DNA from: a virus
Strand: one strand, 5' to 3'
IMG/VR virus record: IMGVR_UViG_3300012981_000004
Location: 9,131-73,130 of that record
DNA length: 64,000 bases
Part shown: positions 45,476 to 53,620 of the stretch, piece by piece
How positions within the stretch are numbered: position 1 is the stretch's first letter
Layout: every line of letters begins with the position of its first letter
Translations under genes and position numbers: made by a program
Notes under the pieces: model-generated
What the model was told of the DNA's origin: nothing
Database searches by the model: none
The model's input: only the letters and a program-made list of their open reading frames with translations

Positions 45476-45942
45476 GCCACGTGGCGGCGTAGCTCCTCCG
45501 CAAGCTCGCCCTTGTCAGCGCCTATGGCGTTGAACAGCTCGTCAAGCGTGAGCACCGACCCCACCAGGCGCCACAGCGTCCTGTTCCAATCGCCGTACGC
45601 TACGTCGTCGCGCCGAGGGGCCTCGCCGCGTTCTTCGGCAGCGTGCTCGCGCATCCAGCGGAAGTAGACGCGGGCGCTCTCGCGGCTGTGCTCCGGCGCC
45701 TTGCTCCTCCTCAGGTAGCGGAGCACGCAGAGGGCCGCGCCGGCCGCGCCCCAGCCCTCCGACAGGGCCGTGTCCCACGGCTGCACGCCGTCGCCGTAGT
45801 GGGCCTTGCGGCCGTCCCCGCGGTCCTTCTCCTTGATTATGATCTGGAGGCCCGCGCGCTCGCAGGCTTCGTAAAGCTCAGTCTCTTCTATTGAGACATG
45901 CGCCAGGCGAAGCTCGTCGACGATCTTCTGATAGGCGCTCAT
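45457..45942 (-). CDS. DUF3310-like protein
   Basis: HYGDGVQPWD..GWG....VLRYLRRSK. Confidence 0.6.
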   Translation of the reverse strand: MSAYQKIVDELRLAHVSIEETELYEACERAGLQIIIKEKDRGDGRKAHYGDGVQPWDTALSEGWGAAGAALCVLRYLRRSKAPEHSRESARVYFRWMREHAAEERGEAPRRDDVAYGDWNRTLWRLVGSVLTLDELFNAIGADKGELAEELRRHVAWQTRR

Positions 45943-46886
45943 CTCCGGTACTCCTCCGGCAGCGGCGCGCAGGCTTCTCCCGGCAGCATCTTCCGGAACT
46001 GGCGCCAGCCGACTAGGTTGCCGTGTTCGTCAGGGTTGGCCCATCCGCCGTGCAGGCCCGCGGAGCCTACGTCGTTGTTGAACGCGATCACGCGCGGCGT
46101 GAAGGTATCGGGCGTCGCCTGGTGCTCCGCCGGCGACGCGTGGAGGGGCTGCGCCGAGAGGAGCTTATCGTAGAGGTTGAGGTCGTCCTTCACGTCCGAT
46201 AGCTTGGTCGGATCGCGCAGCGAGCGGTAGGAAACCCGCGCGCAGCGGGCTACGCTGATCTTGCGCAGCGTGTCGAAGGCGCCGTCGCGCGCCTCGTCGA
46301 AGGGCCCGGACTCGCCCTCCTCCTCGTCGGTGTACGGCAGGTGCCACTGCCCGGGCCGCAGCGTCCTAGGCTCGCAGCTGTCGTAGGCGGTCCACATGGC
46401 TTCCGCCAGCGCCCGCATCTCGGGCTGCGCGGCCCTGTCGAGCCTGAGGCCGAAGAAGTTGTCCCACTCGGTCGCCGTCGCCACGACGTTGATGTGGGAA
46501 AAGGGCTCCAGCAGTCGATTGGCAATCGACTTGTGCAAGCCCATCGCCACCAAGTTGTCGGCGTAGTCGGCCGCCCTCCTCGCCGCCTGGTCCCACGTGG
46601 TCTTGACCAGCTCCAGCCGGTCGTCGTCCAGCTGCTCGCCGCTCTGCATGCCCCTCTGCTCAGCGCCCCAGTGGATCGGGTCGGCCCGCAGGCGGGGGTC
46701 GCGGACCTCCTCCAGGAGCCTGGCGACAGGCACGGCACGGCTCGACGACGCGTTGCGGCTCAGCACACGGTGCGTCATGAACTCGCCGTGGATGGCTTTC
46801 CAGTAGCGCAGCTCGAAGGTGACTAGCGGTTTGGGGTAGTGCGGGCTCACGCTAGCTGCGATCACCTTGGCCATCGGTCGGCTCAT
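45939..46886 (-). CDS. thyX: Flavin-dependent thymidylate synthase
   Basis: EFMTHRVLSRNASSSRAVP, HKSIANRLLEPF, RLDRAAQPEM, SVARCARVSY, HASPAEHQA. Confidence 0.92.
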   Translation of the reverse strand: MSRPMAKVIAASVSPHYPKPLVTFELRYWKAIHGEFMTHRVLSRNASSSRAVPVARLLEEVRDPRLRADPIHWGAEQRGMQSGEQLDDDRLELVKTTWDQAARRAADYADNLVAMGLHKSIANRLLEPFSHINVVATATEWDNFFGLRLDRAAQPEMRALAEAMWTAYDSCEPRTLRPGQWHLPYTDEEEGESGPFDEARDGAFDTLRKISVARCARVSYRSLRDPTKLSDVKDDLNLYDKLLSAQPLHASPAEHQATPDTFTPRVIAFNNDVGSAGLHGGWANPDEHGNLVGWRQFRKMLPGEACAPLPEEYRR

Positions 46887-47944
46887 TCGTCATTCTCCAA
46901 TATTGACCATTCGCGTCCAGCCGCGAGCCAGATGGCGCGGGCTTCTTCGTTGTGCGCGTACGGCTCTGCGAACACGATGCGCTCGCAAGAGGTGTCCAGT
47001 AATCGGCGCACGCAATGGATACAGGGCGACGTGGTTACGTAGCACGTGAAAATCTGCCACACGTCATGGCATTTTATCAAAGCTAATTCCTCAGCGTGCT
47101 TGGCGATGCATGCATCAAGGTCCTTACCGCTGAGCCCTGTACTCCCTGCGCATGGCTTGCTCGTGCAATTGGGCAGGCCCGTCGGAACTGAATTATAAGC
47201 TGTGGCCACAACGCGATATCTTTCATCGACCAGCACACATCCGACCATACGACGCGCACAGGTCCCGCGCTTAGCTACGCGTCCAGCGATGCGCATGTAA
47301 TAATGGTCATTAGTAGGACGTCGCCCTTCGCTGGGGAGCGTCACAGCATCCTCCACTGACCATCCAAGAACGTCGATGCGTTGCTTCACAGCAACGTCGG
47401 TGATGCCAAGGTCATCAGCCCACTCCGCCAAGCTTTTGGTCAACCCGGCGACCGTTAGCATCCTGTTATTTGATTTATTGGCATTAGACTGCTGTGCGGT
47501 TGCCCAACGAACATTGCCACGGATATAACCTCGTTCGTTATTCTCTCGATCTAACACATGCTTGTCAGATGGTGCTGGTCCCACGTCAGCGTAGAACACA
47601 GCAAAACCCTCTGGGCCTAACCACTCCGATTGTACGTCCAGTTCGGAGTAACGTGAGCCTACGTAGCGCTCCTTCAGATGCTGGTAAGGTTGCGTGACGC
47701 GTTCAATCATGTTACGCCACGCCAAATGCTCTTTATTTATCCGGCCATCAGGACGACGGCTCGGCGGAGCATCGAGATTGCGCTGCGTGCAACGCCTGCA
47801 ACCCTTCCCGCGGAATATGTTGTAACGCCATACAGGACGCGTGAGCCCGCACCCCTCGCAACGCACCAAGAAGTAATCGTCAGGAAGCGCTTCCAGGACC
47901 AGGTTGAGATTGTAGACAGCACCTATCTCCACTTGCTTCTTCAC
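46883..47944 (-). CDS. HNH homing endonuclease fused in frame to dCMP deaminase
   Basis: WRNMIER..LDRENNERGYIRGNVRWAT (HNH), then CARRMVGC..YN..HAEE..PCIHC (deaminase); low GC. Confidence 0.88.
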   Translation of the reverse strand: MKKQVEIGAVYNLNLVLEALPDDYFLVRCEGCGLTRPVWRYNIFRGKGCRRCTQRNLDAPPSRRPDGRINKEHLAWRNMIERVTQPYQHLKERYVGSRYSELDVQSEWLGPEGFAVFYADVGPAPSDKHVLDRENNERGYIRGNVRWATAQQSNANKSNNRMLTVAGLTKSLAEWADDLGITDVAVKQRIDVLGWSVEDAVTLPSEGRRPTNDHYYMRIAGRVAKRGTCARRMVGCVLVDERYRVVATAYNSVPTGLPNCTSKPCAGSTGLSGKDLDACIAKHAEELALIKCHDVWQIFTCYVTTSPCIHCVRRLLDTSCERIVFAEPYAHNEEARAIWLAAGREWSILENDE

Positions 47945-48837
47945 TCGGACCTCCTCGGCAGGTCTGCCATCAGCTCGTGGAGGAACGACGACGGCGACGC
48001 GTCGAACTCCTCGACCTTGCGGTCGGCGACCAGCCACAGGTGCTTTATGAGGTCGTCCGTCGTGTCCAGCTGGTCATCGTACTGGTCCAACTCCTCCCCC
48101 CTGTCGTCCCGCATGCACGCTTGGGCTTCCTCCCAGTCTTGCTTGTAGAGGTGCTGCGAGCCCGCCGTGAGGTAAAGCGAGCCCAGGGACAGGGGGGCGC
48201 TCTCCTCCTTGCGGTGACGTTTGTACTGGCGCAGCGCGATCAGGACATACGCACTCATCATCGAGAAGTTGAACACATCGTAGGGCACGCCGGTCCAGGC
48301 GTCGCTCGAACGCATAGTGGCGACGCAGTTGAGCTGCGGCGTGCCGGAGCCATGCAGGCTTGCGTCGTTGCGGATCAGCCACTGCAGAGCCACGGTGCAC
48401 GGCGTGTCGTTCGTGGGTCCTGGCCGTGGCCTCCAGATGGTGGCGACGGCCTGGCGCGAGGATGGATCGGCCGCGAGCGTACGGACCACCCACCCAGCCT
48501 GGTCGACGAACGGCGGCCCGTAGGCTCCCGACATGGTGCGGCCGTCGTCGGTGAAGGTGGCGATCGCCCTGCCGTACGGCTTGATGACGTCGAGGCGGTT
48601 ATCGCCCGCGAGCGTCCACGCGGCCTCCGCTGTCATGAATTTGTAGCCGAGCTTACGCGCGGGGTTGGTGATGACCGGGCGCGACATATCCCACCTGGTC
48701 GTGTGGGCCAGCAGCTCCTTGGTCGTGCGTCCTTTGAAGTTGGCGCCGGCAGACACGGGCGAGACCTCGTCGCCGCGATAGTAGAGGTCCGTGAGCAACG
48801 CCTTCCACGCGGCGTTAGCCTGGCTCAGCTGTCTCAT
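47941..48837 (-). CDS. ThyA-family enzyme with dCMP-type Asp (putative dCMP hydroxymethylase/methylase)
   Basis: AYGP, SRQAVATIW, DTPC catalytic Cys, MRSSDAWTGVPYD, GSQHLY. Confidence 0.85.
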   Translation of the reverse strand: MRQLSQANAAWKALLTDLYYRGDEVSPVSAGANFKGRTTKELLAHTTRWDMSRPVITNPARKLGYKFMTAEAAWTLAGDNRLDVIKPYGRAIATFTDDGRTMSGAYGPPFVDQAGWVVRTLAADPSSRQAVATIWRPRPGPTNDTPCTVALQWLIRNDASLHGSGTPQLNCVATMRSSDAWTGVPYDVFNFSMMSAYVLIALRQYKRHRKEESAPLSLGSLYLTAGSQHLYKQDWEEAQACMRDDRGEELDQYDDQLDTTDDLIKHLWLVADRKVEEFDASPSSFLHELMADLPRRSE

Positions 48838-49454
48838 CGGCCGACCTCCATCTTGGCTACCCACCGTCGTTGGCGCGCCCGCTGCAGCACGTACGTCGCC
48901 GCGGTCTTAGCCGGCATAACATTCATGTCGAAACGCCACACGTCCGGACGGTCCTTGAAGTTACCGCCGCGGATGGCGGCGTCGAGGTAGCCCGTGCCCT
49001 GCTTGTCCTTGTTGCCGTGCCAGAGGTCAGCGTAGCGGCGCACGATGCCCGTCGCCGTCTCGAAGTGCTCCTTGCCCTCGCCGCGTCGCTTGGCGTGGCG
49101 CGCGATCTGGGCGTCGAGGTCCATCGGCACACAGAGCACGATCAGACCCTTGAGCTTGTCGGACGCGAGGTCGTCCATGTCGGCCGGAGGGTAGGCCCCG
49201 CCGCCTCGGTACTCCTCGCCGTACAGCTGCTCGGCGATCCAGAAGTGGTCCATGATGACGACGGTGTCGCGTCCGGCTATGCCGGCGTGCCCGATCATCC
49301 TCGTGTGCTCCATCAGCACGCGGCCAGGCCACGGCTTGCCGTGGAGGTAAAGCACGTCGCCGCCCTCAACCTCCATCACGCGCTCGGCGATGGCTTCTGC
49401 CAGCGTCGTCTTGCCGGACGCGTCGGCGCCCTCCAGAATTATCAGGCAACCCAT
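48834..49454 (-). CDS. P-loop deoxynucleoside monophosphate kinase-like protein
   Basis: IILEGADASGKTT, DHFWIAEQLYG..RGG; start at MGCLII is approximate. Confidence 0.8.
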   Translation of the reverse strand: MGCLIILEGADASGKTTLAEAIAERVMEVEGGDVLYLHGKPWPGRVLMEHTRMIGHAGIAGRDTVVIMDHFWIAEQLYGEEYRGGGAYPPADMDDLASDKLKGLIVLCVPMDLDAQIARHAKRRGEGKEHFETATGIVRRYADLWHGNKDKQGTGYLDAAIRGGNFKDRPDVWRFDMNVMPAKTAATYVLQRARQRRWVAKMEVGR

Positions 49455-49617
49455 GGGCTTGCCCCGCTCCTCAATTCCGTCCATCTCTCTGCTCCCTTCA
49501 TCAAATCAAATACCGGCGGCGACCGGACCTCGCTCCGGCTCCTGGAGCGGGATCAAGGGGGCGTCTGTTCCAACACCGCACCGCTCGTCGTCAGACACGC
49601 GGGCGAGGTCCGGCCGC

Positions 49618-49707
49618 CTACGCCGCAGCTCCGCGCGCGGCGATCTGCTTCTCCTCGGGCCGCTTCTCCTTGGGCTCCTTCGCGGTCTTGGCTTTGGCCT
49701 TCTTCAC
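49618..49707 (-). CDS. 29-aa Lys-rich peptide
   Basis: GTG overlaps the upstream stop; KKAKAKTAKEPKEKRPEEKQ. Confidence 0.4.
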   Translation of the reverse strand: MKKAKAKTAKEPKEKRPEEKQIAARGAAA

Positions 49708-49946
49708 TTGAGAGCCCTCAGGGCCGCGATGATGCGCGCGTTGGTGACGCGACGTTGCTTCTGGGCCATCACTATCTCGTTGGTGACCGCGTCGAAGAAA
49801 TCGTCGTGGCAGTCGCACGCCTGGTCCTTCGCCGCGTCGTAGACCGGATCGTGCTTTGTCCCGGCGCCTCGCGGCGCGTCGGCCTTCCCTCTCGTCTGCA
49901 CCCGCAGCAGGTCCTGGCGCGTGAGCGCCCTGCCCTTCCGTACCAT
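49704..49946 (-). CDS. Hypothetical protein
   Basis: MVRKGRAL.. behind GAGGAGAG; follows a promoter. Confidence 0.6.
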   Translation of the reverse strand: MVRKGRALTRQDLLRVQTRGKADAPRGAGTKHDPVYDAAKDQACDCHDDFFDAVTNEIVMAQKQRRVTNARIIAALRALK

Positions 49947-49980
49947 GGCTCTCTCCTCGGCTCTCATCCTATCCCCGGGG

Positions 49981-50010
49981 AGGCTACCTCCCCGGGAGCG
50001 CAGGAGTAAA
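49981..50010 (-). promoter_or_regulatory. Sigma70-like promoter TTTACT-18-TAGCCT
   Basis: Spacer nearly identical to the copy at 35278. Confidence 0.65.
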
Positions 50011-50026
50011 CACCTATTCGACCTGG

Positions 50027-50716
50027 TCAAGGGCAGCTTTTGTCGTGGTGCACGTAGACGTGCTCGCGCAGAACGCGCGCAACGTCGGGGGGAGCCCAGC
50101 CGTCCGGCTTCATGATGTCGAGGCCGCGCCACTCGGGCGGCAGGCCCTCGTTGCGCGGCTTCTGCATGCTGCCGTCGTTCGGCGCCTTCGCCATGTTGGC
50201 GCGCTGGACCTCCGCCCACACGTCGTTGAACGGTACGCGCACAGCGTGGGCCGTAACAAGCGACAGCCTGAGAGCCTTGTGGAGGGCCAACGACACAGCG
50301 TGCAGGTCTTGTTCATCCGCGGCAGCTTCGAACCTGTCCAGATGTGCGTCCATGCGCCGCTGCAACGCGTCGACCTCGTGATAGTGAGGATAGGCGGGCG
50401 GACCATCCGAGACATGCGGCAAGCCCATCTCCGCCAGGGCGTTGCCGACGTAGCCGAACGGGTTGCTACCGAGCCACATGCGTATGCGGAAGAAGTGGGC
50501 CGTGCCGCAGATGACGTAGGCCAGGTCGGCGAGCGCGTCGGCCCCCTTGACCAGGTCTCCGTCGGTGACGGCCTCGGCGAACTCGTGCTGCTCCTCGCGC
50601 ATGAATTTCGCGCGGAAGCCGACTACCGCGGGCGGCGGCGCGCGAGGCGATCCGTCGGCGCACGTCGGCAGGTCGAACTTCCTATGGAACTTGAACACAT
50701 CCTGAAACAAGTCCAT
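50027..50716 (-). CDS. MazG-like/PRA-PH dNTP pyrophosphohydrolase with internal duplication
   Basis: VFKFHRKF, EEQHEF, DALADLAYV..G, WAEVQRANMAK, KPDGW.PPD. Confidence 0.85.
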   Translation of the reverse strand: MDLFQDVFKFHRKFDLPTCADGSPRAPPPAVVGFRAKFMREEQHEFAEAVTDGDLVKGADALADLAYVICGTAHFFRIRMWLGSNPFGYVGNALAEMGLPHVSDGPPAYPHYHEVDALQRRMDAHLDRFEAAADEQDLHAVSLALHKALRLSLVTAHAVRVPFNDVWAEVQRANMAKAPNDGSMQKPRNEGLPPEWRGLDIMKPDGWAPPDVARVLREHVYVHHDKSCP

Positions 50717-50767
50717 CTTTCGCTCCTTCTCTGTTGGTTGCTCTCGCCGTTTAAGCCGTCACAGTAG

Positions 50768-53419
50768 CTACGTCATGCCATGGTACGCGCCGCCCTCCTT
50801 GAAGTGCGACTGGTCCAGCTCGACGTGGACGACGCTGTTGGTCCTGTCGAACTTGGTGACCGTGAAGGCGGAGCCGCGCGGCAGCAGCACCTCCTTCTCG
50901 CCCTTGTAAGTGCTCACGCTGTCGACGTAGGCACCCTTCTGGCCCTTCTTCACGGAGATGTGCATCTGCAGCGACCCACTCCAGACGCCCGTGCTCGTGC
51001 TCGTCGAGACGTAGCCGTGGTCGATGAACTTCGTGCCTTCCATGATGACGGACTTGAGTATCTTGGCGTACTCGCCCGAGACCTTGCGCGACAGCACCAT
51101 ATCCATCGGCAGCTCGGACTTAGCCAGGTAGGTGTCAAGTTCCTTCGTGCTCTCGTCGCTGAAGCCGGGGTTGTGCCTGAGCTTGTCGTTCCACGCGGCG
51201 TAGGCGTTGCTCGTGTACTTCTTGACGGCGCTCATCTCGCCCTTGGTGGCCTTCGGCATGGCTGCCGTCAGCTCGCCGGCCGCGGCCTGCTGCTTCTTGG
51301 CCGCCGCGGCCTGCGCCTTCTCCTCCGCCGACATGACGAAGCTCTTCTTCGGCACGTTCGACCACAGCGCCTTGCCCTTCACCACAGCGGGCTCGCCCGA
51401 CAGGAGGTGCGCCAGGTCCGATGCCCCGTTGCCCATCTTGGTCATATGACCGGCCGACACCGCCAGCCACTCGCCCGTGCCGGGTTTAAGCTCCACCTTA
51501 TCGCCGTTGGGCTTGACGAAGGCGAATACGGCCTCATCGCCGGGCGGGCTGATCTTGGCGCTGCTGCCGTAGCCCTTGCCCTGGAGGAAGCTGTGGACGT
51601 CGGCCGAGCCCGCGGCCTTGTCGACGTATGGCTCCAGGCTCTTGTGGACTGCGCCGGAAGACGACGGCGCGGATTGCTGGGGCTGCGCCGGCTGAGGCGA
51701 CGGGGGCTGCGGCAGGCCAGAGCCTGACACGAGAGCCTGCAGGGCCTCGGCGAAGCTCTGGTTGCCCTTTCCGCTCGCCACGGGCTTCGCGCTCTTCGAG
51801 AGGTTGTCCTTGAAGAACCAGTCGCCGGCGGTCGGGCTGTAGTAGATACCCTTGACCTTACCGTAGATGGCGGTCGGCGCCTTCGCCGCCATCACGTAGC
51901 CGGGGTGGGCCTTCGAGGTTTTCGTGGAAATGATGCCCAAAGGCGCGAGCATCTTCTTGAACGACTGCGTGCTGATCGGCTTCGGCGCCGTGACGGTCAG
52001 CTTCGGAGCCTCCCCCAGGTGCGTAATATCGCCGAGCGGCTTGCCCTTCGGCAGCTCCGTGTTGCCGAGTTTCTGTCCGCCCAGCGCCTGGATGGCCTTG
52101 CCGATCGAGATGCCTTCCCCCTGCTTCTCGCCGCCGGCGCCGGTGATCGTCCACTTGCTCGACGACTTCTTGTCGGGAGCAGGGGGATGCACGACGATCT
52201 CGGCGCCGTCGGCGTGCTTGAACTTGAGCGTGCCGTCGGCGCTCTGGACCTTCTTGAAGCCGTGCTCCTTGATGATCTTGCCGACGTGGCTGTTGACGAT
52301 GTAGCTCTGCTGCTTCTCTGTCATTGGGGGCGGGGCGGACGGCTTCGGCCCGAACTGCGTCGGCCCGGAAATCTTCACTGCGGCCAGGTGCTGCTTCAGG
52401 CTCTCCGTGCCCTTTCCGCTCATGAAGCCTGCGCCGTTGCTCTCGGTGTACGTCCAGCCGCCGGTCTGCACGTTGAAGTTCACCTTGCTGCCGTCAACGT
52501 CGCTTTTCCAGCTGCTGACGGGGCTGTCGCCGCCGGCCATCTTGGTCAGGCCGTAGGCGCCGTCGCCGGCCTCGGCGATCGCCTTCACGGCCTTCTGATG
52601 GCCTGTTGGCGCATCGCCGTGCAGGTACTGCTTGAGGCTTTCCGCGTCTTTACCCTCGGCCAGCAGCTCGCCCGAGTTACCGACGTCGCTGACCTTCCAC
52701 GAACCGTCCTTGTTGACCTGCAGCTCCTGCTCGCCTGGTAGGTCGTAGACCTGCTCGCCGTTCACACCTGTGCCGACAGGATCGGCACCGGGCGTATCGT
52801 CGGCGATGGCCGTCGTGGCAGCCTGCTCGTTCGAGCTGGACGCGTGACCTTCCTCCATCTCGGAGAGAGCCTTCGACAGCGTGGTCTCACTGTCGGCCTG
52901 GTCCTTGGACTTAAGCACCTCGCCGGACGGGTCGTGGATAGACCAGTACCCGTCGTCCTTGTCGTACTGCACGGTCATACCCGTGGTTCCGACCATGTAC
53001 GTGTTCAGACCCTCCGCGCCCACCACGTCGAGCACTAGGTCATGTTTCTCCTGAGCGTCTTCCAGGTCGCTCGTTGGGCTTTTTGAGCCTTCCGTGTATC
53101 CGTTGGCGTTGCCGGTTTTGATATATTTGGTGAGGCTCGCCGCCGTCTCGCCCGTCGTGCCTTTGGTTATCGACTCCCACGAGCCGTCATTGTACATGGC
53201 GAAGTCCTCGCCCGCGTGCGTGGCGTATGTCGTGCCAGCATTGTTGGTGAGGACGTCGGTCATGCCGTACGCCTTGGCCACGTCCTTAGGCGTGACAGCC
53301 CCTCCCTCTCCGGAGCCCGAGATGAACTTGCCGTCCGGCCCACGCGGGTGCTGACTTTCCTCCCAGGCTTTGTCGTTGGCGTAGAGCTTGCCGCCTCGTG
53401 CTTCCACAACAACAGCCAT
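50768..53419 (-). CDS. 883-aa protein with C-terminal VIP2/Alt-like ADP-ribosyltransferase
   Basis: KKYTSNAY..N..LR, VLSRK (R), YVSTS (S), GEKEVLLPRG (ExE); N-terminal WEESQHPRGPDGKF. Confidence 0.9.
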   Translation of the reverse strand: MAVVVEARGGKLYANDKAWEESQHPRGPDGKFISGSGEGGAVTPKDVAKAYGMTDVLTNNAGTTYATHAGEDFAMYNDGSWESITKGTTGETAASLTKYIKTGNANGYTEGSKSPTSDLEDAQEKHDLVLDVVGAEGLNTYMVGTTGMTVQYDKDDGYWSIHDPSGEVLKSKDQADSETTLSKALSEMEEGHASSSNEQAATTAIADDTPGADPVGTGVNGEQVYDLPGEQELQVNKDGSWKVSDVGNSGELLAEGKDAESLKQYLHGDAPTGHQKAVKAIAEAGDGAYGLTKMAGGDSPVSSWKSDVDGSKVNFNVQTGGWTYTESNGAGFMSGKGTESLKQHLAAVKISGPTQFGPKPSAPPPMTEKQQSYIVNSHVGKIIKEHGFKKVQSADGTLKFKHADGAEIVVHPPAPDKKSSSKWTITGAGGEKQGEGISIGKAIQALGGQKLGNTELPKGKPLGDITHLGEAPKLTVTAPKPISTQSFKKMLAPLGIISTKTSKAHPGYVMAAKAPTAIYGKVKGIYYSPTAGDWFFKDNLSKSAKPVASGKGNQSFAEALQALVSGSGLPQPPSPQPAQPQQSAPSSSGAVHKSLEPYVDKAAGSADVHSFLQGKGYGSSAKISPPGDEAVFAFVKPNGDKVELKPGTGEWLAVSAGHMTKMGNGASDLAHLLSGEPAVVKGKALWSNVPKKSFVMSAEEKAQAAAAKKQQAAAGELTAAMPKATKGEMSAVKKYTSNAYAAWNDKLRHNPGFSDESTKELDTYLAKSELPMDMVLSRKVSGEYAKILKSVIMEGTKFIDHGYVSTSTSTGVWSGSLQMHISVKKGQKGAYVDSVSTYKGEKEVLLPRGSAFTVTKFDRTNSVVHVELDQSHFKEGGAYHGMT

Positions 53420-53422
53420 GGC

Positions 53423-53620
53423 TCAGCCCTCCTCTACGGTGTCGTCGCCCTCGCCAATGTCGCCCGGATAGATATGGAGCGTGGGCGGGTGCTCCTTGGT
53501 CGTGTCGACGGGCTGCCCGTCGGGGCCGAACACCTGGAGCTGCCCCTTGTCCCAGGTGGTGCGCTTGTCGAACTCGCCCTGCGTCTCGTCGTGGAGCGGG
53601 AACTTCTTCGGATCAGACAT
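53423..53620 (-). CDS. Small acidic protein upstream of the ART gene
   Basis: 65 aa behind AAGGAG; 3 nt from the ART start. Confidence 0.75.
   Translation of the reverse strand: MSDPKKFPLHDETQGEFDKRTTWDKGQLQVFGPDGQPVDTTKEHPPTLHIYPGDIGEGDDTVEEG

Noticed and set aside
49560-49600. CTGACGA on the minus strand suggesting a hammerhead ribozyme
   Set aside because: The downstream core is GAAC rather than GAAA, stem II is poor, and stems I and III do not close correctly.
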